Part shown: positions 18,134 to 26,807 of the stretch, piece by piece
Layout of the letters: every line of letters begins with the position of its first letter
Numbering within the stretch: position 1 is the stretch's first letter
Source: Thermodesulfobacteriota bacterium
GTDB taxonomy: Bacteria; Desulfobacterota; Desulfobulbia; Desulfobulbales; SURF-16
NCBI GenBank assembly: GCA_039715015.1
Contig: JBDLIE010000002.1
Coordinates: forward strand, 69,422 to 133,421
DNA: 64,000 nt
Direction of reading: 5' to 3'
The notes under the pieces: model-generated
Databases searched by the model: none
The model's input: only the letters and a program-made list of their open reading frames with translations
Told to the model about the DNA's origin: nothing
Translations under genes and position numbers: made by a program

Positions 18134-19963
18134 CTAGCGGATTTTAATGGCCGCCGTCTTTTCACTGATGCCACGTTTAAGAACCTCGCGGTTATAGGCA
18201 GCGATGACGTCGCGCCTTTTGAGCATCCCAACCACCCACATCTCCTCTTTTGATTCCACCACCGGAATCTCTTCAATACCTTTGACTACGAACTGGGTCA
18301 TGGCATCGTACAGATTATCACTTGGGGTAAGGGTCACAAGTTTGCGGGCGCAGATATGACCAACGGTGGCACTGAGTCGAAGCTCTTCATCGTGCAGAAT
18401 TGCCTTCACATCCTGGAGAGAGATGATGCCCACCATCCGTCCGGCTTTGGCTCCGGTCTCGGCCAGTACCGGGAAGTAGAAGCTGTCATCGGCCATGGAG
18501 AATATCTTTAGAAGCTGGTTAACATTGGCACGTTCACTGACAAAATCAACATCCTCACTCATGGCAATTCCCACCGGCAGCGACTTCATGATCGCGGCCT
18601 CGCGGCCCTCGTGGATATCAATGCCCTCGCGGCTAAAATCAACCGTATCAATGGAGTCGTGATAAAGGTGTTTGGCAACAACCGTGCCGATGATACTGGC
18701 CAGCATAACCGGAATAATAATCTGATAGTTGCCGGTCATCTCAAAGAGAAGAAAGATGGCGGTAAGGGGGGAATGAGTAGTGGCACCGAGGAAGGCACCA
18801 ATACCAACCGCGGCATAGGCTCCAGGCCCAGCGACGAGATCAGGAAAGAGAAGATGACAGATGCCGCCAAAGGCGCCGCCGATCATTGCGCCGACAAAAA
18901 GGGCTGGCGCGAAAACACCGCCAGCTCCGCCTGTACCCAGAGTAATGGCTGTGGCGCCGATCTTCATAAATACCAGGGCGACCATCACCCAGAGAACCCC
19001 GTCACCATGGAGGACCTTTTCAATGTAAAAATAGCCGTCGCCCATGATCTGAGGAAAGAAAATGCCAAAGGTGCCAACAATGGCAGCACCAATGATCGGT
19101 TTTACAAAGGGGTTTATGTTGATTTCCTGACAACGGTCCCGCACCTTGTAGAAAATCTGGATATGAATTACGGCAATAATGCCGACGATAATTCCCATCA
19201 TTACATAGAGAGGAATCTCCATCAGGGGATTAACGATCTGATAATCAGGGATAGGAAAGGCTGGGGTCTCACCATAGGTGGCACGGGCAATAACCGTGGC
19301 AATGGCCGAGGAAATAACCAGGGCCGAGAAGGAAGACATCTCGTAGGTGCCGAGCAGGACGATTTCCGAGGCAAAGAAAACACCTGCCATGGGCGCATTA
19401 AACATGGCGCCAATGCCACCGGCACAGCCGGCAGCAATATAGACCTTCATACGGTCGCCGGAAACCCGGAAGAACTGGCCGACCTGGGAGCCAACAGCGC
19501 CGCCAACCTGGGCAATTGGTCCCTCAACCCCGGCTGAACCGCCGGTACCAATGGTAAGAGAGGTAGAAAAGGTCTTAAGCAGAATGGTACGGAACTTAAT
19601 ACGCCCGCCTTGCAGGTTCACCTTGCGCAAAAACTTGGTAAAGCCATAGCCGTTTACCTCGCCGGGGTAAAAATAGGCCAGCGGGATGAGCAACACCATG
19701 CCGATAATGGGAATAAGGGGCAGAAGAAGAACAGCAAAGCCAAAACCTTTAAAGAGAAAGACATCGCCGGAATGAAAGGCCTTAATACCTTCCTCACCAA
19801 AAATCTTTGTCAAACCTCCATCAAAAATTACATGGCGGACAAACTCCTCGGTCGAACGAAAGAGAATATTGGCAAAGCCGGCAGCGAGGCCTATAAAAGA
19901 GGCTATCACCACCATCAGGGTGCCCTCGCCGGGCACATATTTCTGAAGTTTGAACAAATTCAT
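18134..19963 (-). CDS. CLC-family chloride channel/H+ antiporter with C-terminal CBS pair
   Basis: GGSAGVEGP, FNAPMAG..F..E and GGVFAP motifs, with a CBS repeat tail. ATG at 19963 overlaps the upstream TGA. Confidence 0.93.
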   Translation of the reverse strand: MNLFKLQKYVPGEGTLMVVIASFIGLAAGFANILFRSTEEFVRHVIFDGGLTKIFGEEGIKAFHSGDVFLFKGFGFAVLLLPLIPIIGMVLLIPLAYFYPGEVNGYGFTKFLRKVNLQGGRIKFRTILLKTFSTSLTIGTGGSAGVEGPIAQVGGAVGSQVGQFFRVSGDRMKVYIAAGCAGGIGAMFNAPMAGVFFASEIVLLGTYEMSSFSALVISSAIATVIARATYGETPAFPIPDYQIVNPLMEIPLYVMMGIIVGIIAVIHIQIFYKVRDRCQEININPFVKPIIGAAIVGTFGIFFPQIMGDGYFYIEKVLHGDGVLWVMVALVFMKIGATAITLGTGGAGGVFAPALFVGAMIGGAFGGICHLLFPDLVAGPGAYAAVGIGAFLGATTHSPLTAIFLLFEMTGNYQIIIPVMLASIIGTVVAKHLYHDSIDTVDFSREGIDIHEGREAAIMKSLPVGIAMSEDVDFVSERANVNQLLKIFSMADDSFYFPVLAETGAKAGRMVGIISLQDVKAILHDEELRLSATVGHICARKLVTLTPSDNLYDAMTQFVVKGIEEIPVVESKEEMWVVGMLKRRDVIAAYNREVLKRGISEKTAAIKIR

Positions 19964-21111
19964 ATAATCTTTGGGATCTGGCATCCGATCAGGCTGGCTT
20001 CACGAAGGAAATAGTCATCCGTCATGCCGGCAATAAAATCCACGGCAATGGTTGCAGGTGGCGTATCGTGCATATAGCCTTTATCCATAAATTTCATCAG
20101 CCGGGTGTAGACAACCGATCCATGGTCTTCTCTGTTGATCTCATCAACGTACTTATTAAACAATGAGGTAAAACAATCCTTCATCTTTGTTGTATCGGGC
20201 TTAATGGCCTTATTCAAATAAATAAATTTGTAATTAAATGCCTTTAGCTCTTGAAGGGCCTCAGAGACCTGCTCGGAAAAACCAATCTCGCCTTGGCATC
20301 CATTGCCGATGAGGTCAGCAACCAGGCGGTGAACAATGGTACCGTTTGTCCGCCCCAGCACCTTTTGACAATGTTCAGGAATGTCATGACGGCTAATCAG
20401 TTTAAGCTCAATGGCATCTTCAATATCTCTGCCGATATAACTTAAGGTATCAGCAAGCCGAACCAGGCAGCCTTCAATGGTCATGGGCCGTAATTTGGCA
20501 GCTTTGTCGTTGCTTTTTGTTGTTATTTTTCGGTCGAACTCCGCAAAGGACACCTCTCCCTTGGGACTTATCTTACGGTTATGAACCTCGCCGTCATGGC
20601 AAAGGATACCGTCTAAGACTTGGACCGTCAGGTTACAGCCACGGCCATGGTTCTCAAGATGTTCAAGAAAGCGAATGGACTGAAGATTATGCTGGAAAGA
20701 GACAAGGCCAAAATCACGGCTTAGGTCGTCTAGAATTGCCTCACCATCATGGCCAAAAGGTGGATGACCGATATCATGGCCCAGGGCAATGGCTTCGGCA
20801 AGATCCTCATTAAGGGCAAAGACACGGGCCAGGGTTCTGGCAATTTTGGAGACAAGCTGAACATGAAGAACCCGGTGGGTGATATGATCATTTTCCACGA
20901 GGTAAAAGACCTGGGTCTTATCTATATAACGGGTATAAGCCCGGGAGTGGAGAACCCTGTCTGTATCAACCGCAAAGGAGGTGCGGTGTCCCTCTCTGCT
21001 TTCGGAATGGCGGCGGATACCTGTGCTGCTCAGGGTGGCATGGGAAGAAAAAAATCTTTCCTCTCTCTCCTCAAGACCCTTTTTGATAGCAACAAGCTGC
21101 TCTTCGACCAT
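19960..21111 (-). CDS. dGTP triphosphohydrolase-like HD protein
   Basis: DRVLHSRAY, KTQVF, HDIGHPPFGH.GE, DFIAGMTD. Confidence 0.9.
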   Translation of the reverse strand: MVEEQLVAIKKGLEEREERFFSSHATLSSTGIRRHSESREGHRTSFAVDTDRVLHSRAYTRYIDKTQVFYLVENDHITHRVLHVQLVSKIARTLARVFALNEDLAEAIALGHDIGHPPFGHDGEAILDDLSRDFGLVSFQHNLQSIRFLEHLENHGRGCNLTVQVLDGILCHDGEVHNRKISPKGEVSFAEFDRKITTKSNDKAAKLRPMTIEGCLVRLADTLSYIGRDIEDAIELKLISRHDIPEHCQKVLGRTNGTIVHRLVADLIGNGCQGEIGFSEQVSEALQELKAFNYKFIYLNKAIKPDTTKMKDCFTSLFNKYVDEINREDHGSVVYTRLMKFMDKGYMHDTPPATIAVDFIAGMTDDYFLREASLIGCQIPKII

Positions 21112-21403
21112 AATCCCCACCCACACATATTACAAAAAAGTACTTGTACCATAAGGCACTTTGGAGAAAAAGGCTTTTATGCAAGAGGCCAAAGGGCTAG
21201 CAACCACGCAGAAACCCGAAAGTTTTTTACTGACGGACAGATCAATTTTATTGTACTATTTTTTTTCCAGGCATTTTTTGGGAAAGGAAGCTTTCTTCGC
21301 TTTTTTTGTTTATTATAATCAGTATTTTAAAGCATATTTAGCTACCCGTTTTCTATTTCTTGCCACGGGTCGGCAATTGATATTCCTAACACGGAGAGAC
21401 ATT

Positions 21404-22684
21404 ATGGCATCAAGCACCGATTTTGACAAAGCCTTAGCCGTTGGCCGGCCACCCAATATCAACAAACTCTTCCCCAACTCCCGGGCTCTCATTGTCAGTG
21501 GTAAATATATCGATCTTGCCTTGCAGGCTAAGGGCAAGGCCATGACCATTGCCGCTAATGGCCGTAATAATTTTATTATTCGCGGTGCCTTGATGGCCGC
21601 GCAAAGGGCCAATGCCGCTATCATCATTGAGATTGCCCGCTCAGAAGGTGGTGCGAAGGCTTACTGCCCGACCAATTACTGGAATATTGCCCGTCAGGTT
21701 GATCAGGCCATGAATGAACTTGCCATTACTGTACCCGTGGCTATACATGCTGATCATTACGGCATTAAGAGCGAGGCAGATATCCCCTTTGCCAAACAGG
21801 AGATCCCTTCACTTTTTGATGCAGGCATCACCTCCATTGCCATTGACGCCTCCCACATGATGGATGACAAGAACCTGCTTGCCAACTTGGAGCTTAACCA
21901 GTTCATCCCTGACTGGGCCGGGCTTGAAACAGAGATTGGCGAGATCAAAGGCTCAGAAGGACTCTCCGCAGCACCGGAGGCAATTTTCCTCATTGCCGGA
22001 CTCAATGCCCATAATATTTTCCCCAACTGGATCGCCCTCAACAATGGCACCACCCACGGTATTGAAGCAAGTGGCCAAGGCATCCAGGTAGAGCTGACTG
22101 CTGAAATCCATGAAGCACTTACCTCTTACCATGTCAACGGCGCCCAACATGGCACCTCGGGCAATAGCTCCGAGCGCCTTCGAGAGATTGCTGAAAAAAC
22201 CCACACAACAAAGGCAAACGTGGCAACTGCCCTGCAGATGCTTTCTTGGGGACTGGAGGTTAATGATTACGGCAATGCCATCTTGAATGACGATGGTAGC
22301 TTTAAAAAGGTGAAGGGTGAAGGGGTTGGCGAGGAGATGTGGCAAGAGATGGTCGACTATGCTACAGCCCAGGGTTGGAGCGGTGGTGGTTTTAAAAACC
22401 TTAATCTTGTTTTTGAAAACAGGTTCATGGGACAACCAGCAGATATCCGGGAGCGCATGTGTAAACGGGTGGAAGATTTTGTCTACAACCTTCTCGCCAA
22501 CGTCTTTAATGCCCAAGACAGCGCTGATTTCTGCGTAGATGCCATTATCAAGGCAGGATCTTATGATCCTGGACCAAAGGCAAAGAAGATTGAAGATGCC
22601 TCAGACTGGTCTCAAGACAAGATCATTACCAAGGCTGCTCTGCTTGATAGCGATAAAGGACCTGAGGGAGATTTCGACGATTAA
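21404..22684 (+). CDS. fba: class II fructose-bisphosphate aldolase
   Basis: HADH, DASH, ETEIGEI, GTTHG, QHGTSG, KANVAT motifs. ATG at 21404 follows a GGAGAG RBS; the ORF track start at 21161 is probably too early. Confidence 0.88.
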   Translation: MASSTDFDKALAVGRPPNINKLFPNSRALIVSGKYIDLALQAKGKAMTIAANGRNNFIIRGALMAAQRANAAIIIEIARSEGGAKAYCPTNYWNIARQVDQAMNELAITVPVAIHADHYGIKSEADIPFAKQEIPSLFDAGITSIAIDASHMMDDKNLLANLELNQFIPDWAGLETEIGEIKGSEGLSAAPEAIFLIAGLNAHNIFPNWIALNNGTTHGIEASGQGIQVELTAEIHEALTSYHVNGAQHGTSGNSSERLREIAEKTHTTKANVATALQMLSWGLEVNDYGNAILNDDGSFKKVKGEGVGEEMWQEMVDYATAQGWSGGGFKNLNLVFENRFMGQPADIRERMCKRVEDFVYNLLANVFNAQDSADFCVDAIIKAGSYDPGPKAKKIEDASDWSQDKIITKAALLDSDKGPEGDFDD

Positions 22685-22794
22685 TCAGGTGAGGAGTAGA
22701 ATTCGAATAATCATTTTAGGCACTATGCCCTCACCCTAACTCTCCGGCGTCTCCCTTAGCTCACTTACCTCCCCAAGGAGAGAGAACTCTAAAT

Positions 22795-22842
22795 AATAAA
22801 AAAAAGGCCCGATGTTTAACAACATCGGGCCTTTTTTTTATT
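22795..22842. terminator. bidirectional terminator between fba and tatA
   Basis: A-tract-GGCCCGATGTT-TAAC-AACATCGGGCC-T-tract. Confidence 0.9.
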
Positions 22843-22861
22843 TATGTAACAAAGGACAAAG

Positions 22862-23113
22862 TTAAACTTTCAATACATTGGTAATATTCTTGGCCTTGTC
22901 CACCTTATCCTTAAGGGCACTGACCTCTTTCATGCCAGGCACTGCATCTTCAACCAGTTTAGCCTTGGCATCATCCACGTCAGACACAGATTTCTTAAAT
23001 GATTTTAATCCCTTGCCAAGACCTTCGCCAATCTCGGGCAATTTCTTGCCGCCGAAAACCAAAAAGGCAATGGCCATGATAACTATGAGTTCTGGGGTAC
23101 CCAGTCCAAACAT
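22862..23113 (-). CDS. tatA: twin-arginine translocase TatA/E-family subunit (copy 2)
   Basis: MFGLGTPEL...FGGKKLPEIG.GLGKG..SFK. Confidence 0.9.
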   Translation of the reverse strand: MFGLGTPELIVIMAIAFLVFGGKKLPEIGEGLGKGLKSFKKSVSDVDDAKAKLVEDAVPGMKEVSALKDKVDKAKNITNVLKV

Positions 23114-23142
23114 CTTATTTCTCCTTTGAGGGACAGATTCCT

Positions 23143-23328
23143 TTAGGCGTCTGGAGTATCGTCCTTGTCATCATCGATCTTCTTAGGATCTTCATCCTTG
23201 GTGGCATTCTTGAAGTTCTTAATGCCCTTTCCTATACCGCTGCCAATCTCAGGCAATTTTCCAGCTCCAAAAATAATCACGATAATGACGAGGATTACAA
23301 TTAGTTCCGGCATTCCGAGTCCAAACAT
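23143..23328 (-). CDS. tatA: twin-arginine translocase TatA/E-family subunit (copy 1)
   Basis: MFGLGMPEL...[21 protein letters not shown]. Confidence 0.93.
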   Translation of the reverse strand: MFGLGMPELIVILVIIVIIFGAGKLPEIGSGIGKGIKNFKNATKDEDPKKIDDDKDDTPDA

Positions 23329-23483
23329 CTTTCAGCCTCTCTCTATTTTTTTATCTGCTCTCAACAACAAGCAATGTGATACGAAATCATTGATGAGCAA
23401 AAACTGCTCACCTGCAATCAAACCAAAAATACCGCACCCCTTGCCGGAGCGCAAAGTATTTTTTGCAGCAGCCCCGCCCTAAC

Positions 23484-24806
23484 TTAACAGGTACGCCCAG
23501 TGAGGGTGTGAGCAAGTTCACGGCAATGGGCCAGGACCTTCTCTTCGTCCAAAGTTTGAAGCCGTCGGTTTTCCATCACAACCGTACCATTAATAACAGT
23601 GTGAACAACGTCCCCTCCCCTGGCGCCATAAACAAGATGAGACGCCACATTATACATGGGGGTCAAATGAGGCTGGTCAAGATCAAGGACTATCATATCC
23701 GCCCTCTTGCCAACCTCCAGGGAACCGATCAACTGTTCTGCATTCAGCACACGGGCACCGCCCCTGGTGGCCATGTCTAGGACATCAGGGGCAGGTAAAG
23801 CCGTAGGATCTAAGGCGTGGACCTTCTGGAGCTTGGCAGCGCTATCCATTTCAGCGAACATATCAACATCATTATTTGAAGCGGCACCATCCGTGCCTAA
23901 TCCGACATCCAAAAGAGCAGAGCGCATCGCGGCAACCGGAGCAACCCCGGAGGCAAGTTTCATGTTACTCTCCGGGCAATGGGCAATTTTCGCCCCCCTT
24001 TCTGCCAATAAGGCGATCTCTTCAGGACTTACCTCAACACAGTGAGCGGCAAGCACCGAGCTATCCAAAAGACCAAGCCCCTCAAGATGCTGAACGGGAG
24101 ACTTGCCGAACTGGTCAACAGCACCCTGCACCTCACTCTTTGTCTCAGAAAGATGGATCACATATCTGCTGCCATGCTCCACCGCCTTTTCCTTCAAGCG
24201 CACCAGGAGATCAGGGGAACAGGTATAAACGGCATGAGGATCAACAGTGACGGTGATAAGGGGATGATTTTCGTACTGGGCAAACATTTCATCAACGTAG
24301 ATAAATCCCTGCTCAAGCTCGCCATAATTAGGGGAAGGGAAATCATAAAGAACCTCACCTAGCCAGCCCCGGAGACCGCTTTGCTCTGCAGCCCGGGCCA
24401 CATCCTTGGCAAAGAGGTACATGTCGCAAAAACTGGTTGTGCCGCTCTTGATCATTTCCATGGCTGAGAGCAAGGCCCCCTGATAGACCAGCTCACCGGT
24501 GAGCTTGGACTCCACCGGAAAAATATGATCCTGGAGCCAGGTCATAAGGGGCAGGTCATCTGCCAGGCCCCGGAGCAAAGACATGGAGGCATGGGTATGG
24601 ACATTGACAAGACCGGGCATGACCAGGCCGCGGCCAACCTCAAGAATTCGGGCACTCCTATACTTTGCGGCAAGATCATCTTTGCTGCCCACTTCACAAA
24701 TGGAATTGCCGGCCACGGCCACGGCGCCGTTATCAATAATGGTCTGTTCATCGTCCATGGTCAGCACTGTACCGCAGACCAGGAGCGAGACTTCTGGATG
24801 GCTCAT
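23484..24806 (-). CDS. mtaD: amidohydrolase, 5'-methylthioadenosine/SAH deaminase-like
   Basis: PGLVNVHTH, HLSET, AHCPESNMKLASG, GTDGAASNN; translationally coupled to PNP. Confidence 0.8.
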   Translation of the reverse strand: MSHPEVSLLVCGTVLTMDDEQTIIDNGAVAVAGNSICEVGSKDDLAAKYRSARILEVGRGLVMPGLVNVHTHASMSLLRGLADDLPLMTWLQDHIFPVESKLTGELVYQGALLSAMEMIKSGTTSFCDMYLFAKDVARAAEQSGLRGWLGEVLYDFPSPNYGELEQGFIYVDEMFAQYENHPLITVTVDPHAVYTCSPDLLVRLKEKAVEHGSRYVIHLSETKSEVQGAVDQFGKSPVQHLEGLGLLDSSVLAAHCVEVSPEEIALLAERGAKIAHCPESNMKLASGVAPVAAMRSALLDVGLGTDGAASNNDVDMFAEMDSAAKLQKVHALDPTALPAPDVLDMATRGGARVLNAEQLIGSLEVGKRADMIVLDLDQPHLTPMYNVASHLVYGARGGDVVHTVINGTVVMENRRLQTLDEEKVLAHCRELAHTLTGRTC

Positions 24807-25642
24807 TTTATTCTCCCTACAACTTCTTCCATCAGTCTGACAAAATCACCCTCAGCCTTTTTGGCCTCGGCCAGGATATCATCAATTAAAATCGGCTGAA
24901 AATTATCAGGGTCATTAACATTGGCCACCATGGCAATGCCTAGAACCCGCAGGCCTGCATGGACGGCGACGATGACCTCGGGAACCGTTGACATTCCCAC
25001 CGCCTTGGCTCCACAGTTTTTCAGGTGTCTGGTTTCAGCAGGGGTTTCCAAGCTAGGGCCGGGTATGGCGACATAAGTACCTCTGGCCAGCCGTTTAATA
25101 TTAAGATCTTTGGCACAGCTAAGGGCAATCTCCTGGAGACCCAGATCATAGGCTTGGGAGAGGTCGGGGAAACGCGGCCCCCACTCTTCAATATTGGCAC
25201 CGCGAAGGGGATTGTCCGGAATAAAATTAAGATGATCCTCAATCAACATGAGGGTGCCGGGCTTATAGGAAGGCTCCAGGCCTCCGGCCGCGTTTGAGAC
25301 CAGAAGAAAACGGGCACCTAATAGTGAAAGCACGCGCAGCGGAAAGGTGATCTGCCGGGTGGAGTAACCCTCGTAATAATGAAATCTTCCCTGGAGCACA
25401 GCCACCTGTTTCCCAGCCAGTTCACCAAATATAAGCCTGCCGGCATGACTTGTAACAGTGGAACGTGGAAAATGAGGAATCTCCTCATAATCCAGGCCCA
25501 CTGCATTTTCTATGGAGTTGGCAAGGGCCCCAAGACCAGTGCCAAGGATAATGATAATATCAGGAGCGCCGGACAGTTTCTCTTCAAGAAAACGGACGGT
25601 CTCGTTCACCTGTTCACGGTATAAACGTGAGCCAGCAGCCAT
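24803..25642 (-). CDS. purine-nucleoside phosphorylase (trimeric type)
   Basis: ILGTGLG, HAGRL, QGRFHYYEG, SNAAGG, GPSLETPAE, VGMSTVPE. Confidence 0.92.
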   Translation of the reverse strand: MAAGSRLYREQVNETVRFLEEKLSGAPDIIIILGTGLGALANSIENAVGLDYEEIPHFPRSTVTSHAGRLIFGELAGKQVAVLQGRFHYYEGYSTRQITFPLRVLSLLGARFLLVSNAAGGLEPSYKPGTLMLIEDHLNFIPDNPLRGANIEEWGPRFPDLSQAYDLGLQEIALSCAKDLNIKRLARGTYVAIPGPSLETPAETRHLKNCGAKAVGMSTVPEVIVAVHAGLRVLGIAMVANVNDPDNFQPILIDDILAEAKKAEGDFVRLMEEVVGRIK

Positions 25643-25910
25643 TTTTTCACCATTTTTCAAGATTTTATTGGTAGGATAGGGCTTTGCGGCCCATCGCCAT
25701 ACCGCGTGACTTGTGCCGAACTGACAATACCCTCAGGCTGGCCCATGCGGACAACAAGAAATTTCAACCTATCCACAACAAACTTAATTGACAAAGATTT
25801 TTTGTCATTGTCTAGCTTTTTTGATCTGTAAAATAAGGGGGTTAAGTTGCCGGGCAGTCACCCCAAGGAAGTAGAACACTCCCATAGAACAAAAGATGAA
25901 ACCTTGCCCC

Positions 25911-26807
25911 TTAGCCGCTTAACAAAGAGATAAGATCATCAGCCTGTTCAAAGGCTTTCTGGGCATCTTTATAGAGATCCTTAATGGTTGCCACAGAGAG
26001 GGGCAACCCATAGTTTGCAAAAAGTTCAGACAGTGGTGGGTCCAGGAAGGGCAGGCAGAGAGAAGCTCCCTCCTCGCCTTCCAGGCCAACAACCTCAAGA
26101 AGAGCTAGGGTGTCTGCTAAGCACACCACAAGGGGATAGGTTTGGTGCGCTGGAGCGGATCCCGGACTGTGATGGTAGCCCACTGCCATTTGCAGGGCAT
26201 CAGGGAAAAGCCAACTTTTCACCAAGAGTCGGCCAAGATCTTCGTGGTTAAGACCTAGGAAGGCAATTTCTTTTTTAGTGTCATCAAGCTTTTCGCTCTC
26301 ACCATAGATTTTCACGAGAGATTCGCCTGAAAAGGCAAGAAATATAACCATTTTGCCGATATCATGAATCAGGCCTGCCACAAAAAGGCCGCTATCAGCA
26401 CGGCCCACCTTCTCAGCAATTGTTTTTGCAGCAAGTGCTGTATAAAAGGAGTGTGTCCAAAGTGAATTTACCTTGCCCCCTTTTTCTCTGAAATCTGAAA
26501 AGGTATTAAACATGGCTTTTGCCAGCACCAGGTTACGCACCTCTTCCATACCAAGCACAGCCAAGGCATGGGGTATGGAAGAGACCTCCCGGCTGAGACC
26601 AAAAAAAGGCGAGTTAGCCAGTTTAATAATAGAAGCGGAAAGACCAACCTCAGCCTCCACGATACGAGCAAGCTTATCAAGGCTACTTTCTGGATCAGCA
26701 GTCACCTGCAGAATTCGATTAACCACGGCAGGAAGCGGTGGGAATTCATTAACCTGGCCGATGAGCTGAATTGCTATTTTCTTTTTAGAAGAATCGTCCA
26801 TTTTCAT
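25911..26807 (-). CDS. HDOD-domain protein
   Basis: PPLP.V, LANSPFFG, LWTHS, AGLIHDIGK, HE.LG..L...W.FP, YHH.P. Confidence 0.9.
   Translation of the reverse strand: MKMDDSSKKKIAIQLIGQVNEFPPLPAVVNRILQVTADPESSLDKLARIVEAEVGLSASIIKLANSPFFGLSREVSSIPHALAVLGMEEVRNLVLAKAMFNTFSDFREKGGKVNSLWTHSFYTALAAKTIAEKVGRADSGLFVAGLIHDIGKMVIFLAFSGESLVKIYGESEKLDDTKKEIAFLGLNHEDLGRLLVKSWLFPDALQMAVGYHHSPGSAPAHQTYPLVVCLADTLALLEVVGLEGEEGASLCLPFLDPPLSELFANYGLPLSVATIKDLYKDAQKAFEQADDLISLLSG

Noticed and set aside
18611..19537. Long antisense ORFs (308 aa here; also 15758..16564, 55580..56371, 60319..61203, 11508..12167)
   Set aside because: They are shadows on the opposite strand of well-supported genes (CLC, ilvC, nrdJ, prfC, VWA) and show no recognisable motifs.
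21161..21403. Apparent 81-aa N-terminal extension on fructose-bisphosphate aldolase (similarly the extensions on ilvC and the 35039 hydrolase)
   Set aside because: Artefact of the longest-ORF start choice. Better downstream ATG starts exist, with clear RBS for fba and ilvC.
25670..25700. GGGCCGCAAAGCC on the minus strand resembles part of a c-di-GMP-I (GEMM) riboswitch
   Set aside because: The upstream GGCAAA/GNRA P1 arm and the downstream P2 hairpin are absent, so it is kept only as an unclassified structured element.
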